A stretch of DNA of 64,000 nucleotides, taken from assembly GCA_017499595.2 (NCBI GenBank), contig CM039006.1, forward strand, positions 620,001-684,000, given 5' to 3'. Shown here in pieces: positions 36,679-49,808 of this stretch. Under the pieces are notes generated by a model. That model was given only the letters and a program-made list of their open reading frames with translations. It was not told the origin of the DNA and ran no database searches. The position numbers and the translations under genes are program-made. Positions within the stretch are counted from its first letter, which is position 1; every line of letters begins with the position of its first letter. The DNA is from Psilocybe cubensis. Lineage: Eukaryota.

Positions 36679-38214
36679 CGTTGGTTGATCGTCACTGGTG
36701 AAGCCAGGGATAGTGATGGGACTGGGGGTAGTGTGTGGACACTAGAATGAGCTGAAAGGCTATCCCAGATACTTCAAATAGCTCCCTGGACGAATTCTGG
36801 ACGATGGTGTTGAGGAAGATGAGAACCGAGAGGTAGGCACATTCGAGTTCAGTCTTGGGGAAAATCAAATCCAGCCGTGGCACAAGTGCCTATTACGTAA
36901 CACGATAAACAATGGCACCGCTACAGGGGTTACCCCTAATTTCCGCCTATTGTAAAAAGAAGAACCAACAAACTTCCTACTATTCACTCAGTCTTCCTAC
37001 AGTGTTGAAAAATGTTTGTATGAGATGATAACAGCACTGTATAGGCCATTCTGGTATGCTAAAGGGTTTCTGAGGATTATATTAAATAATGACCCGATTC
37101 TCGTTTTTTCCTGGCCGGAATATAAGGTTTGAAATCACCAGTGTGTAGCAGAAACCCACGCTTACGATCGCATTATTTTTTAAATTTGCTTTTTGTTCCT
37201 CCTATACTGCATATGATACGAGCTGCCACGATATACTCTCCAATGAAGGTGTGCCTCAACCTCATGGACGGATTGGAGGTGGCGATCAAGTGATGGATAT
37301 CTGCTATCCATTGTTGAGTTCTGTGGCATATCGGAGCGAAACAATAGGTAAAGATAGATTGCAACGCTCTCGAGAAGGGAGTCTGAACTTACGCCAAAGG
37401 TTTTCCGAGGCTTCAGCTTCATCACTGATATTTGATGCAACACACACCGCAGAGGACTTCTGTTTTTTTGTTTTGTATTTATCTATTGAAACCGACTATC
37501 TCGCCTGCCGCGCCATCCACATCATCTACAATGACAAGTCTAAGGAATTCGAGGACCATCGGACATCTATCCATTCCACGATTACATGATTCAAGATTCA
37601 TCGACGTCCCATGGAGGTTATTCATTCCATTTTACACTGACAGACAGCTCTAAGTACAACTCTCAATGATTACTTATTCAACTTCAGGTCCCGGGGGCGA
37701 CTCGGAGTCGAAATATCGGCACCACCACCACAGGGCAGTCTATTTTTAGATCACATGCCATGGCGGGATGATGTCGTCGAAATGGTCACCGTCGCTCGAA
37801 ACCTAAACACTTTTTGAGCAAGCCTGCGCTGATAAGATTGCTATACCTATGTTTGTACAAAGTTTTGTTCATTTAGAGATGGTTATCGCGTCAATCTATG
37901 TCCAAGTCTCGATTTGCATTACATTTCGTTTTGCATTGAGAGGTTTTAGAGTGCCAGTCCAATAGATTTTTAGATTTGCAGCGATGGCTACCAGTCACAA
38001 TGGCTTGGATTGAGAGATTTCTATGTTCAGGCACGCGCGGCGCGGTCAGTCTGTACCGCAGATATATATCATCTAATCTGATGGCTCTATACGATAATGT
38101 AGCTCGTAGACAATGCCTAGCTGGTATAAATACGAAGGTATTGGAAAGGAAAGGCAAGCTAAAGTCTAGTGCTATACACCTCAGCTTTCAAACACAACCG
38201 AATCAATAATCCAA

Positions 38215-39078
38215 ATGGCTTTCTTCAAATCAGCTCTGTCTATCGCTCTTCTCGCAGCCGCACACACGTTTTCAGCTGGAGCCGTTGGTACACCTGTACG
38301 TCCTATACATCTCTGAGTCTCTTGACGAGACCAGAAGGACTAACTTATGACCGATCATCTTTATCTGTCTGGCGAGCAGCTTCCGTGTGTCATCATTCCT
38401 CCAGGAAACTATGTCATTCAAAGCGTGACCATTAACCCTGGCGTACCACTCAACGTCGGGCTTCCCAACACGCTGGGAAATGTCATAATCATGACGAGCA
38501 GTGCACCCCAGCCAGAGCTTGGCGTTGTAAGCAAAATATTTTCTTCTAATGTTCTCAATTCAACCAAACTTACATCCAATAGTGGAATATCAAACCTGCG
38601 GACCAGGGAGGGTTCCACATCCAGAACGTCGGACTTCGTCGGAATGTAACTAGCATCCACCTCACCGAGTCTGTACGTGCTCGCACATCAGTTGGTTAAT
38701 TTGTGATGTGAATTTTATGCTCATACAGAATCTTTTCCTCCCTGTGGTCGCGGTCACGAATACCCCTGCAACCACCTACGCCATCCAATGCGCTGGTGGT
38801 GGAGAATATGTGGTAAGAAATTTTTTATTGCATCAACGAGAGATCAACTTGATCTTCCAATTACTCTGGGTTCTGAATGAGTTTGCGTAGATCAAGAATG
38901 TCGTGGCCGATCAGCTGTGGACACCGGTCCCTTCTTCAGATCAGGAGGTCTCGACGGTGAGTAACGCTTTACATCGTCTCTAGATGATAAATAAGTGAAT
39001 ATATACGATTACATGTAGATTGAACTACTTCCTGCGAGCGGATCGCGCACTCAGCACTGGAATTTCGTGCCAGCGTGA
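38215..39078 (+). CDS. Small secreted protein, probable beta-trefoil (ricin-B-like lectin or protease-inhibitor fold)
   Basis: TATAAATA at ~38126; signal peptide MAFFKSALSIALLAAA; six exons with PGNYVI, WNIK, GGFHIQNV, GEYVIKN and QHW repeats. Confidence 0.75.
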
Positions 39079-40626
39079 GCAGTTCGACTCCATGAGTCTG
39101 CTACATGTAGAGAGCCCAGTACATATCAGACATTTGTAATAATGGACCCAGAGTAACCGAAAGTTGTCGATGTACTTCTTCAGCGGTATTTGATTCGAAC
39201 CCGAGCAACTTTGCAATATCCGGATCCGTTCATGATTCAATTAAAACGGTTTGTAACTGCATGCCAATGGTACATGAGGTGGAATTTCTTATACACGTAA
39301 AAGGGAGTATAAGCAGGGATATACGGTTGCAAAAATTTTCCAGACATTCTCAAGATAACAAAGACCATAGGAAGTTTGTGACTGGACTCAGTTATCAAGT
39401 CGAAGCACAAGTAGATGTGCCGTGAGATGCCGGCCGATAATATTCGTCATCAGCTGCGGTCGGAAGACGGAATTACCCGAATAACCGCAGAGGTCCTTGA
39501 GGCTGAATTTGCAATTGCTAACATTCACCGTCAACGACTCGATGTGACAAATCCTTGACGAAAGCCCTCTTGCGATCCGCTGAATTGTTAACGCCTTTTG
39601 ATTTCAAACTCTAATGCTGTATATCTGCTTGAAATATGGGTTTCGAGTGCAAGTCATTTTCATCGACTTCCAAGTGAGGATCGAAAACTTCCAACTTAAT
39701 CACGAACAAGTGACTCCGAGTTCATACACCTCAGAAAGTCAGTATGCAGGGAGGTACGCCGCCCATAAGATTGGGCTCATCAGAAACCAGCACCCTTACG
39801 TAATCAATGGGCTTGGCGCCAAGAGCGGCCAAAATCCAGCTCGAAAAAAAAATCAAAAGTTATGTTGACGGAAAATGGTTTCAGACAAAAAGTTTAAAAA
39901 AAAAAAATTCATAAATGTGCATATACAATCCTTACTACTAGCCTTTATGCCCACAATAATAGAATTACACCTCAGAGGTCAAATTGTAGTCTCTGGAAGT
40001 CCATAATGAGTCTGAGAGGTATTACTTAGGCGTGACTTATTGTCACGTGTGGTCACGTGTACCATTATATAAGCGGCCAAAAGAACATTGTCAAATTTTC
40101 GAAAATCTCCCAAACTCGAGAAAACACCATTTCTGACGTGTTAGACTAAAAAAAAAGGAAAAAAATTAAAATCTTTATAACTTCTTGAGATCAAAATTTT
40201 TTTGAAAAAAAAAACCACAGATGTGTTCAAAGAAGCATAACCTACATATCTGTGGTTCAAAAATGTAGAATAGTGTGAGTGCAGAAGGGTTGAAAAGGTT
40301 CGGAGGTAAGCCAACTTTTGCTTACCTAAGGGGGTGCTGGTTCCTGATGAGCCCAATCTTAACATCATCGGAGTCAATGATCTACTTTTTAGATAGGGAC
40401 CGTGTATGTTAAGTAATCTTTCTCACTCTCCAAACGTCGGAAATAGCTCAAGTGCTTGGATTGTTCTTACTGAAAAGGATTTGCAAAAAAATCTGCGAGC
40501 CAGCTGACCCAATGTCTTACCGCTATCCGTCTTATCCGTTTCAATCTCTTAAATAGCTGAGGAATGAAGGGGACTCCAAAGATCTTAACCCCACGATATT
40601 GAGCATCCCAGCTTATCCACTGTCTA

Positions 40627-41409
40627 ATGTCGTCCGCATCAACTCTTCCATTGCAAGGGAAAGTGGCGATTGTCACCGGCGGAAGCAAAGGAATTGGAGC
40701 AGCAATAACACTTCACCTCCTCTCCCTCGGCGCAAACGTGGTCTTTTCCTACTCCAGCGATGAATCCAGCGCGTCTGCTCTTGAAGCAAAAATCAATTCC
40801 GAGTTCCCTGCACCCCACGGTGCCCCTCCTCGAGCAGTTAGCTTCAAAGGAGACTCGTCGTCCATACCGGATATCGATGCATTGGTGGACTATACCCTCA
40901 AAACATACCACCACCTCAATATCGTTGTGGCGAACGCGGCTATCATGTCCCTCCAGGACCTTGCACACACAACCGAGGAGATCTTCGATCGTCACATGAG
41001 TGTCAACGTGAAGGGCCCCTTCTTCCTTGCCCAACGCACTGCACAACATCTAGGGGAAGGTGGTCGAATCATCTTCCTCTCCTCATCCCTCATCGCCAAC
41101 AGCTCGGTTGCACCACCATACCTCGTATATCTCGCCACCAAAGGTGCTATTGAACAAATGGTTCGGGTGCTAGCCAGGGATCTCGCAAAAGGGAAAATCA
41201 CAGTCAATGCAGTCGCACCTGGACCTACAGCGACCGATATGTTTTTGAACGGGAAGTCCGATGCTTTGTTGCAGGCCATCAAATCGTCAATTCCGATGGG
41301 TAGATTTGGTACACCTGAAGAAATTGCAGACATCGTTGGATTTTTGTCGGGAGAGGGTAGCCGTTGGGTGTCGGGACAAGTGATAAGGGCAAATGGTGCT
41401 ATGGCGTAG
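40627..41409 (+). CDS. Classical short-chain dehydrogenase/reductase, intronless
   Basis: TGGSKGIG, VANAA, YLATK, VNAVAPGP, WVSGQ. Confidence 0.95.
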   Translation: MSSASTLPLQGKVAIVTGGSKGIGAAITLHLLSLGANVVFSYSSDESSASALEAKINSEFPAPHGAPPRAVSFKGDSSSIPDIDALVDYTLKTYHHLNIVVANAAIMSLQDLAHTTEEIFDRHMSVNVKGPFFLAQRTAQHLGEGGRIIFLSSSLIANSSVAPPYLVYLATKGAIEQMVRVLARDLAKGKITVNAVAPGPTATDMFLNGKSDALLQAIKSSIPMGRFGTPEEIADIVGFLSGEGSRWVSGQVIRANGAMA

Positions 41410-41742
41410 TTACAATCAATTGATGTTAGAAAAAATTGCGCTCTATTTTTAGGTCTGTGGCAATCGTACAATTCAACGTTCACACGTTTACACTCTGCCT
41501 TTGACGTCAGCAGTCTTTTTCGGTTGGTCTGGCATCTGTTGGAACATGGGTGATTGTTTCTATCTACCATCCGAGTCGGACATCGGACGTCGTTCGTAAA
41601 CTTGTTCTGATTTTCTCACTACACATTCGCAGTCTCTCGCTCTCAACCAGGAAAGAGCTAAAAATGGGGCCTGCAAGTTTGTGGCCGCCAATATATATCA
41701 TCCTCGGTCAACAGCTAAAGTCCAAACCACCATCGACGAACC

Positions 41743-44440
41743 ATGCTTTTTCGCTCTATCGCTGGAGAACTTCCCTCAATACCTGATGATCTTTCAATTC
41801 CTCAATTCATACTGGACTCTCAGCATGAGTTACGACCAGACCGCCCACATGGTCTACCGTGGCTTGTGGCGGACAAGTCAGGCAAGACACTTGGACTAGA
41901 CGAGGTATGCATATCAATTTATCGAAGATTTTCGAGGCTAACTCTCTATGTATTTGAATTTCGATGTCACATATAGATTCAACGGAGAACAAATGCGTTA
42001 GCAGTCCGTCTTCGCGATGGCTTTGGCATCAGTGAGTTTCAAATAATTGCGTTGCTGTATTGTAAATTGACATTCATTAGGGCATAACGATCCCGGTAAA
42101 TAGCTTCATGTCTTGGATGAAGTTGTTCGATAACTGATTTGGTCCTAAAGTCGTGTTTTTCAGCAGCAACCATATAGGTTCTACTCTCACTTAGTTCACT
42201 CTGAACGACGCTAATAGCTATCTCTCAGACTACCCCATATGCATGTGGGCCGTCCATCGGCTCCTTGGAATTGTGACGTGGGTGTCATGTTCCGCACATT
42301 CCATATGTCTATATTAACAGAATCTTGAATGACAGTCCCTGCAACCCGTCCCTTACTGTCCCAGAACTTGTGCAGGTCCTCAAGCTTGCAAAACCAAAAC
42401 TTATCGTCAGCCATGTCGATTGTTTGGCGGTAGCAGTTAACGCCGCAGAGAAGTTTGGGATCGGGGCAGACCGTATCATTGTTCTGCAAAATCAAGACGA
42501 AAGTCCATCCACGCAATCAGCTTTCGGAGACTCGAAGACTGTCGAGCATCTCATTCAGGAGGGTTCTAAATCTACGGATCTCATACATGGAAGACGATTT
42601 AACTCTGGCGAAGCAAAGACGCAGGTCGCGTTCTACAGCTCGTCTAGCGGCACCACTGGACCGCCGAAGGTAAATGGTCATTTTCAATCAGTCACTCTAG
42701 AACGCTTATACCGGCATCCAGATGGTCAAAATCTCGCACTATGCATTCATAGCGGATATCATTCTCACGGCGGCGTTGAATAAAGTGGGAAGAAAGGAAC
42801 TAAGTCCTAGATATGTTCCAGGAGATCGATGCCTCGGTGTTCTCCCGTTCTATCGTAAGTATATTCAATCCCCAAGTTACGAGTGGAGGAGTTCACGCTA
42901 CATTCGCCTCCTAGACATCTATGGACTGGTTCTCATAGTAAGATTCTTGTTCCCCACTCGGTGGTGCAACGCGCGCTTATCGTCCATCTCAGTTGCATTT
43001 CAACTTCTTCGCAGCAGTAAGTTTATTTCATTCAAGTCCGAAATCAGCGTACTCTTAACCATCGTTTGCAGATATCTGTCGTGGTTGTCTCAAAGTTCAA
43101 CTTTGCAGATATGCTTCACAGCATTGATAGATATAAAATCAATTCTCTTATGGTCGTTCCCCCTCAAGTAGTCCTCCTTAGCAAGGTACGTGGGTAGGAA
43201 GCCTACAGAGTCATCTTTTCTAAATGCACTACCGTTTACATCAGGAACCTATAGTCAAGAACTACGACTTATCGCATATTCGAACGGTTCTCTGCTCTGC
43301 AGCCCCGTTAGCAGGTAAGATTTGTATGTCCCGGTCAAGCTAGTGGGTTTTAATGAAATTGGATCCAGGTGAACTATATGATCAGCTCATCAAACTAGTG
43401 CCCCAGGCTACCATAAGCCAGGCTTACGGTTAGAACTCCTTTTTGCATTTGGGGCTCTCACAGTACCTAAAGACTCACATGGCTTTTTTCCGTAAGGCTC
43501 CACGGAAGCGACGGGCGTAGTTTCTATGACCCAAGCTAACGAGAAGCATGGTCGTCAATGTGGAATCATGGCTCCGGGGATTCAGGGACGTGTCGTAAGA
43601 TCTGATGGCACTCTTGCGGGTTACGATGAAGAAGGGGAATTGCATATCAAAACGCCCGCTTCTGCTATGGGATATCTTGATAATGAAGCAGCGTAAGTAT
43701 TCTCAGTTTTCAAAGTCAATTATAATCGCTTGACCTCACTTCCATTTCATAGGACGAAGGAGACTTTCTTAGATGACTCGTAAGTGTTCAACTCTACTGT
43801 CAGGACTGCAGTCAATCTACCGAGAAGTTGACATTAATTGAAATTTCAGTTGGATGAGAACGGGGGATCTAGTGAAAATAGATAGGAATGATGAGATTGT
43901 TGTTCTTGATCGTGTCAAGGTGAAGTAGGGTGCACAACATATGATCCATGTCTTCTCATGTCCGTCCATGTCCGCGTTATAGGAAATGATCAAAGTAGGT
44001 GGTACTCATCTTTGTTTCCAGACCAGGTTAACCTCAGTCGCAAATTTAGGTCCGTGGATTCCAGGTCGCTCCTGCAGAACTCGAGGGCTGCATTTTGGAC
44101 CATCCACTCGTTGCGGATGTTGGCGTTGTTGGAGTCCCAGACTCATTCAGTGGTGAAGTTCCTCTTGCATTTGTGACTCTCACGCCAGAAGGGCATAAGC
44201 TACCTTTGAGTGACCTAAAAGGCTCACTCCATAAAGTGAGCTGCGATCTTTATGATGGGTTTCGCGTTGATCTTACTTTTCAAACCCGTTTAGCATGTCG
44301 CTGAGAACAAAGCCCCGTTTAAACATCTTCGTTACATCGAAGTCATTGATTCAATCCCAAAGACTCCCAGTGGCAAGCTTCTTCGACGTGACCTTCGTGA
44401 AAAGGGTAGAAGCTTGGTTGCTCGGGAGACGAAGCTCTGA
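41743..44440 (+). CDS. 4-coumarate-CoA-ligase-like acyl-CoA ligase
   Basis: SSGTTGPPK, QAYG-STE, WMRTGD, GFQVAPAELE, IPKTPSGKLLRR; C-terminus -TKL. Confidence 0.92.
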
Positions 44441-45262
44441 GCAACTCGACTAGCAGAGCACACGGTAGCCACTTTATATTTTCATGTAAAACCATCACCA
44501 GTACTCTTCGTTGCTATTCCAATAATATAATTAGACTATCAGTGAATACGTCTTCGTAGAATGGTAATTCTTTGATTTGAGACCTCGGTGACTTTTTGCA
44601 TGGCCTGGCAATCCAGAGAGAGCTCATTTAACCATAGTTAATCTAGCTGGCCACAAATGCATCTTCTAGAACAGTAGCGGCGTCGAGGTCATGTTCCTTT
44701 GCCTCGAAATCTTCTCCTTCTGAATTCCTGACATGTTTTCGACGCTGTGAGGTAAAAGACAAATCAAACTTTCAAATTTACGCCTCATGGGAACACCTCT
44801 TGAGGTTTGAGCACGTCCCAGTTCTTCTCCGATGTCAAATCGGAACTCTGGCCTACATCGCCATTTTGACTAAGACGCAAACCTGCTTCTAGACATTTAT
44901 ATTTAGATTGCCCAGACTCCTGGAAGTTTTGCACTCGCTTACAGTCCGAAGCAGTCCGTTGGTCGGCAGACCTAATTCAACAGTAAAGAACGAATAGGTC
45001 TACATATTCCTGAGAAATAATGTGGCTTATTCGTCACCCTACTTCTTAACAACTACTCCACACTCTCCATCAGTGACGCCAAACATGTACATATGAGAAG
45101 AAGGGAAACAGATGTTGGTAGAATCATCATATCAGGGTTCTCTTGCTCAATTTGTATATTCGCCCGACGTTTTTCTCTGGAAGTATCCACCAATAAAAGC
45201 CTGGTCTCTCCGCCGATTGCTCCCTTGCTTGTCCCCTCCAGTGCCAAACGTCCTCCCCAACA

Positions 45263-46634
45263 ATGAGCCCAATTTCGCTTCCTAAAGCAAATGTACGCCA
45301 TTAAATACTATTTCATCGATACACAAGCTGATAATCGCGACGTTTGATTAATCAAGTTCCTTGCACTGGTGCTAGAAACATTGCTTTACGGTATATAGGG
45401 TCGTTCGTGCCAAGAGGGCTAAGAGAGGGCTAATGGTTCTTTAGGCGCCTTCACCGTTCTTTTTTTGGCCGCGCTATGGGTTATAACAGTCCAGCGGTCT
45501 GTCATAAATTATAGGCTCTTGTTCACAGTGGTGGCCATATGGCTTATTTCTACTACGGTGAGTAAAAAGTTGCAATGTCGACACTTCCAATTTTTATTGA
45601 CGTGTGAGTTCCCTAGCACCTGATTTTAGACATTGTTCGAGCAGTGAATGCCTTCGTTGACAGTCCACAGCCAGGAGGTGCACTTGAGTATTATGGAAAC
45701 TTGTCGGATCCACTTCAAGCTGCAAAGACTGCGGTATTTGTGCTGTTGACGTTGGTAGGGGATGCATTTGTGGTATGTTCGCATTTCCTACTTTCAGAAT
45801 AAATACAATTTATAACATTCGCCTGAAGATCTATCGTTGCTATATTATTTGGAGTCGACAATGGTGGATTGTTATTCTCCCTCTTTTATGCTGGTGTGGC
45901 ACGGGGGGTAAGTGTCACGTCAATTTACAGAGTGTATTGGCGAACTCGGTTAAATGACTTTTGAATAGTGGGAGGATTTGGGGCAACTGTCGCCTTCTCC
46001 AGAGCTGCCCCCGGTGCAGCGGTGTTTCTTCCTGCTATCGTACCATGGATCACCAGCTTCATTTCCATGACCCTCGCCACCAACATACTTTGCACCTGTC
46101 AGTATCTTTTCCCCACATCATTATTGATTAAAAACCGACAGTCTCAACTCAGTGTTAATCGGGTATCGCATTGAAAAAATTCGAAGAGGCCTGAAAGGTG
46201 CATCTGTGACTGGAAGTGCAGCACAGTCTGCTGTCATTATGATCATAGAGTCAGCCGCCATATACTCCACCGCTGTGATATGCCTCATGATTACATATCA
46301 ATTGGGATCTAATGCCCAATACACTGTCCTTGATCTTGTAAGTATTGTTTATGCTTGTCCTGAACTGTTTCGCCTAAACGTTTTCACGCAGACATCCCCA
46401 CTCATTGGAATTACGTTCACTATTATCATCCTGCGTGTCAGCTTGGGAATTAGCACCAAACAACTCTCGACATACTCTTCCAATCACAACCTCACCGGCG
46501 GTCCCTCGAGACCGACGGATATTCGCTTCCAGCAAAGATCGATGCCCGTCAATGTCAAGGTCTCGCATCTCGTAGAGATGGACAACGGCAGTAACGGCTA
46601 CTCGAGTGCGAAAGGCACGGTGGAAGATGTATAG
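45263..46634 (+). CDS. Multi-pass (about 7-TM) membrane protein of unknown function
   Basis: LETLLYG, GDAFVIYRCYIIW, TNILCT, IIESAAIY, LIGITFTIIILRVSLG. Confidence 0.8.
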
Positions 46635-46719
46635 ACTTGGAATAAGCTGCAAGCGCTTTCATGCCTTTGTAATTGAAATTACCCTACACTAGTCGGGTAG
46701 AATTAGATGTACAGAATGG

Positions 46720-49102
46720 TTATAATTTGTAACCTTGTCCAGTCCTGCCATGGGCGCCGTAAATACTTTGCCTGTGTGTAGACAGCTGTGGGAGAACATG
46801 TGCATATACATGCGATGCCCACTTTTTAATAAAACAAGTTGTTAGAATACGTCATAATGCCCTATGTAGATTTGCTTGTTTGACAGATAGGTGCTTACTT
46901 CGCATGCCAGTGGGCGCGTATCGCGGGGATCTATGATTTCTTCAACGCCAAATTTGTGGGCAGTTTTCAAAGGGCTCCGGACATCCTCAAATTTTGAGAG
47001 AAGATCATTCATCAACTTTTCTCTTTCTTCAGGAGAAGATGTTGCGTCAAGTTGGCGCTTATACGCGGCCTCGATACCGCCCTCCAAGGGGAGACTACCC
47101 CAATCCCCTGAAGGCCTTTTGACGGCGGATAAACATGAGTCTCATTGCCGCTGCCAAAGACCTCACGTTAAAGAAAAAAAGAACTGACCAAGAGACACGG
47201 GTACCTGACCCGTCGTTTGGATCGGCAAACGCCCCACCAGCTACACCAAATGCTCTGCGAAGAATGACCGTGTAGATGGGGATGGTGGAATTGTATATGG
47301 CAGCCATTGTTGCGGCACCGTGGTGAATTGTTGCCATCCGCTCAGCGATCGAACCTACGCGAGAAGATAAGTAATCATTTGAGAGGAACGGACCAGAACG
47401 TAAGTAAAACTCGGCACAGAAACGGCATTCCAAATGGTGGACTCATAATCCGCAACTCATAATACAGGCTAGATAGGAGAACTGACCGATGGCAAAACCG
47501 GGTTGATCGACGAGATTTAATATGGGAAGCCTGAAAAGACAAGGTACCTGAGAAAAAACATTCTAAGGGGAAGTCTGTAGCGCGTACCCAAAGTGATTAC
47601 AAAGTGTCACGAACTTGGTTGTCTTCTGGCTCCCCAAAGCGTCTATAGCGCCTAAAATATTTTGGTGTTGTTACAGAGCAAACGCTTCCAAATATGTGGG
47701 TATTTACCTCCATTGACTTTGCAGTCGCTTGTTAGGATACCAACTGGCCGCCCGTCCAACCTTGCAAAACCAGTCACGATGCATCGACCCCATGTTTCCC
47801 CTATTTCGAAGAAAGATGATGTAGCTGAATATGGATTACCGTCTGTATCCACAACCATTCTGATTACGCTTCGCACATCGTATTGTCTAGTCCGGCGTCG
47901 CGGTATGATACTGACGAGAGCTTCCTCTCTGCGTGTAACTGAATCTGAGGAAGATTTTACAGGCGGGAGCTGGAATATGGACGATGGGAGGAAGGACAAG
48001 AATGCACGGACTTGAAGAAAGGCGTCATGCTCGGAAGTAGCCACGTTATCTACGGTTCCATTCGTGGCGTGAATCTCCCAACCTCCAAGGGCTTCCTTGG
48101 ACAGATCCTCAAAGGTGGCCTGTTTTACGACAGGTGGTCCAGCCGCGAAGAGTTGACTTAAACCCTTCACCATTACACTATTGGCTTTACTTCAGCGTAT
48201 TTTCATCCAGGTGGCAATGACTCTCACCTGAAGTGGCTTAAGGCGGCCTTCGCTGCGGCCAAACCAACAACGGGTCCAAGGAGTGCTGAAACGACTGGGA
48301 CTGCACCAAGAACATCGATGCTTCGACTCATGCCTGGCAGACTTGGAATATAAGTCGCTCCCATAGTCAAATCTGGTTTTATAATGTAAGAGCTGATGAA
48401 CGAGAAGCGCACGGGTACTAACAAGTTGCAACACTCCCCCCTCCACTAGATCCATCCAAAAGTCGAATCTGTGTGTTGAAGATTAGAGGGAGCACGTCGA
48501 TAAGAGAAATCGAATGCTCACCAGAGGAACCTTGAATTTGAGTGCTTGTGACTTTGCTGCAAATTAATTTTGTTATACATAATGGTTTGTGAATTATTCT
48601 TACCTCTCCGTACGGTGCCTTGTTACTAATTCCACCATCCGCATGCCCGCCCCGAACACTGAAGTCATCAGCAGTTACAAAAACCTTCCTGCCATGTATG
48701 CGGCCCCAGCCTGTAACAGAATTACTGAATGTGTGTCAAAAGCAGGTTAAGAAACAAAAGAGGATGCCTACGCAGGTATGAAGGACTTCAAGCTACCATC
48801 TTCGTCTACGACTGGCTTCCCAGTTATCGAACCAACTTCGACAAACGAATTTTGGTCTAGCAAAGCGTCGATACGCTCACGAACCCATAGTTTATTATTT
48901 GCCTTCTGTCGGATGTACCCTGGGTCATTGAGATTGGGTGAGCGTATGATGCGTTGCTGAGCTTTGAGTTCCTCCAAAGGAGCCTATACTCATAGGCCAT
49001 GTCTTTCAATCGACTCTTTATCCCGAAATATGAGGAACACACCTTCCAAGAGGATCCATCGTCCAACGTTTTTCCTTCTCGTTCAGGATCGTCTGATGGC
49101 AT
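46720..49102 (-). CDS. Acyl-CoA carboxylase, carboxyltransferase (beta) subunit
   Basis: LWVRERIDALLD, TADDFSVRGG, LFAAGPPVV, TGFARLDGRPVG, RRAFGVAGG, EIIDPRDTRP. Confidence 0.92.
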
Positions 49103-49808
49103 TGTGGCCGTAATGTTCTGAGTTGACGAGCAATAAACGCTATCCTTCGATTGTCCAAGATTCAAAGCTGAGCCATTCATGGAACAGTGCTTCGGCATAG
49201 CTATTACCGAACGTCAGGGCGATATGGGGTTGGATGTTCCCATGTTGTTCCCATGACCAACCACCTCGAATTGCCAACCTAGTTTGAGTTGGATATTTGC
49301 CAAGGGAGACTAGGGACTACTAGGGACAGTGGAACGGAGGAAGTCTTCCGAATCATGGACGCATCGACAACTATAAAGTCCTCTCCTGAGCTTGTCCTGA
49401 GCAGATCTTTCAAGGTTTAGATTTTGTTGGCACAATGGCACCAGACAAAAAGTTTCAATCTCCTACGATCTCCGCTTTAAAGGTCGATTCTGCTTTCTTT
49501 GCTGCTCGTCTTGCTTCAGCCTGGTACCTGACACTTAACATGATCCATCTCCCATGCTGAACCGAAATTATTTTCTTGATATGATTTCATTATTCCAAAG
49601 GCGTTAAAGGTGAGTGCCTAACATTCTTTGATTCAATTCAAATAACTTTTCACAGAGCCTCCGGCACTGCCAGTAACCGGGAAGTTGACCTTTCGCCCCT
49701 ATTGCATGCGTCATGCTGGTACTACCAGCTGCGTTCAAATCGTTACTTTGATTGACCTCTCAACGTCTTTTCGTGTTCGAGGGAATTGGCTCTCAGGTTC
49801 CTTCAACG

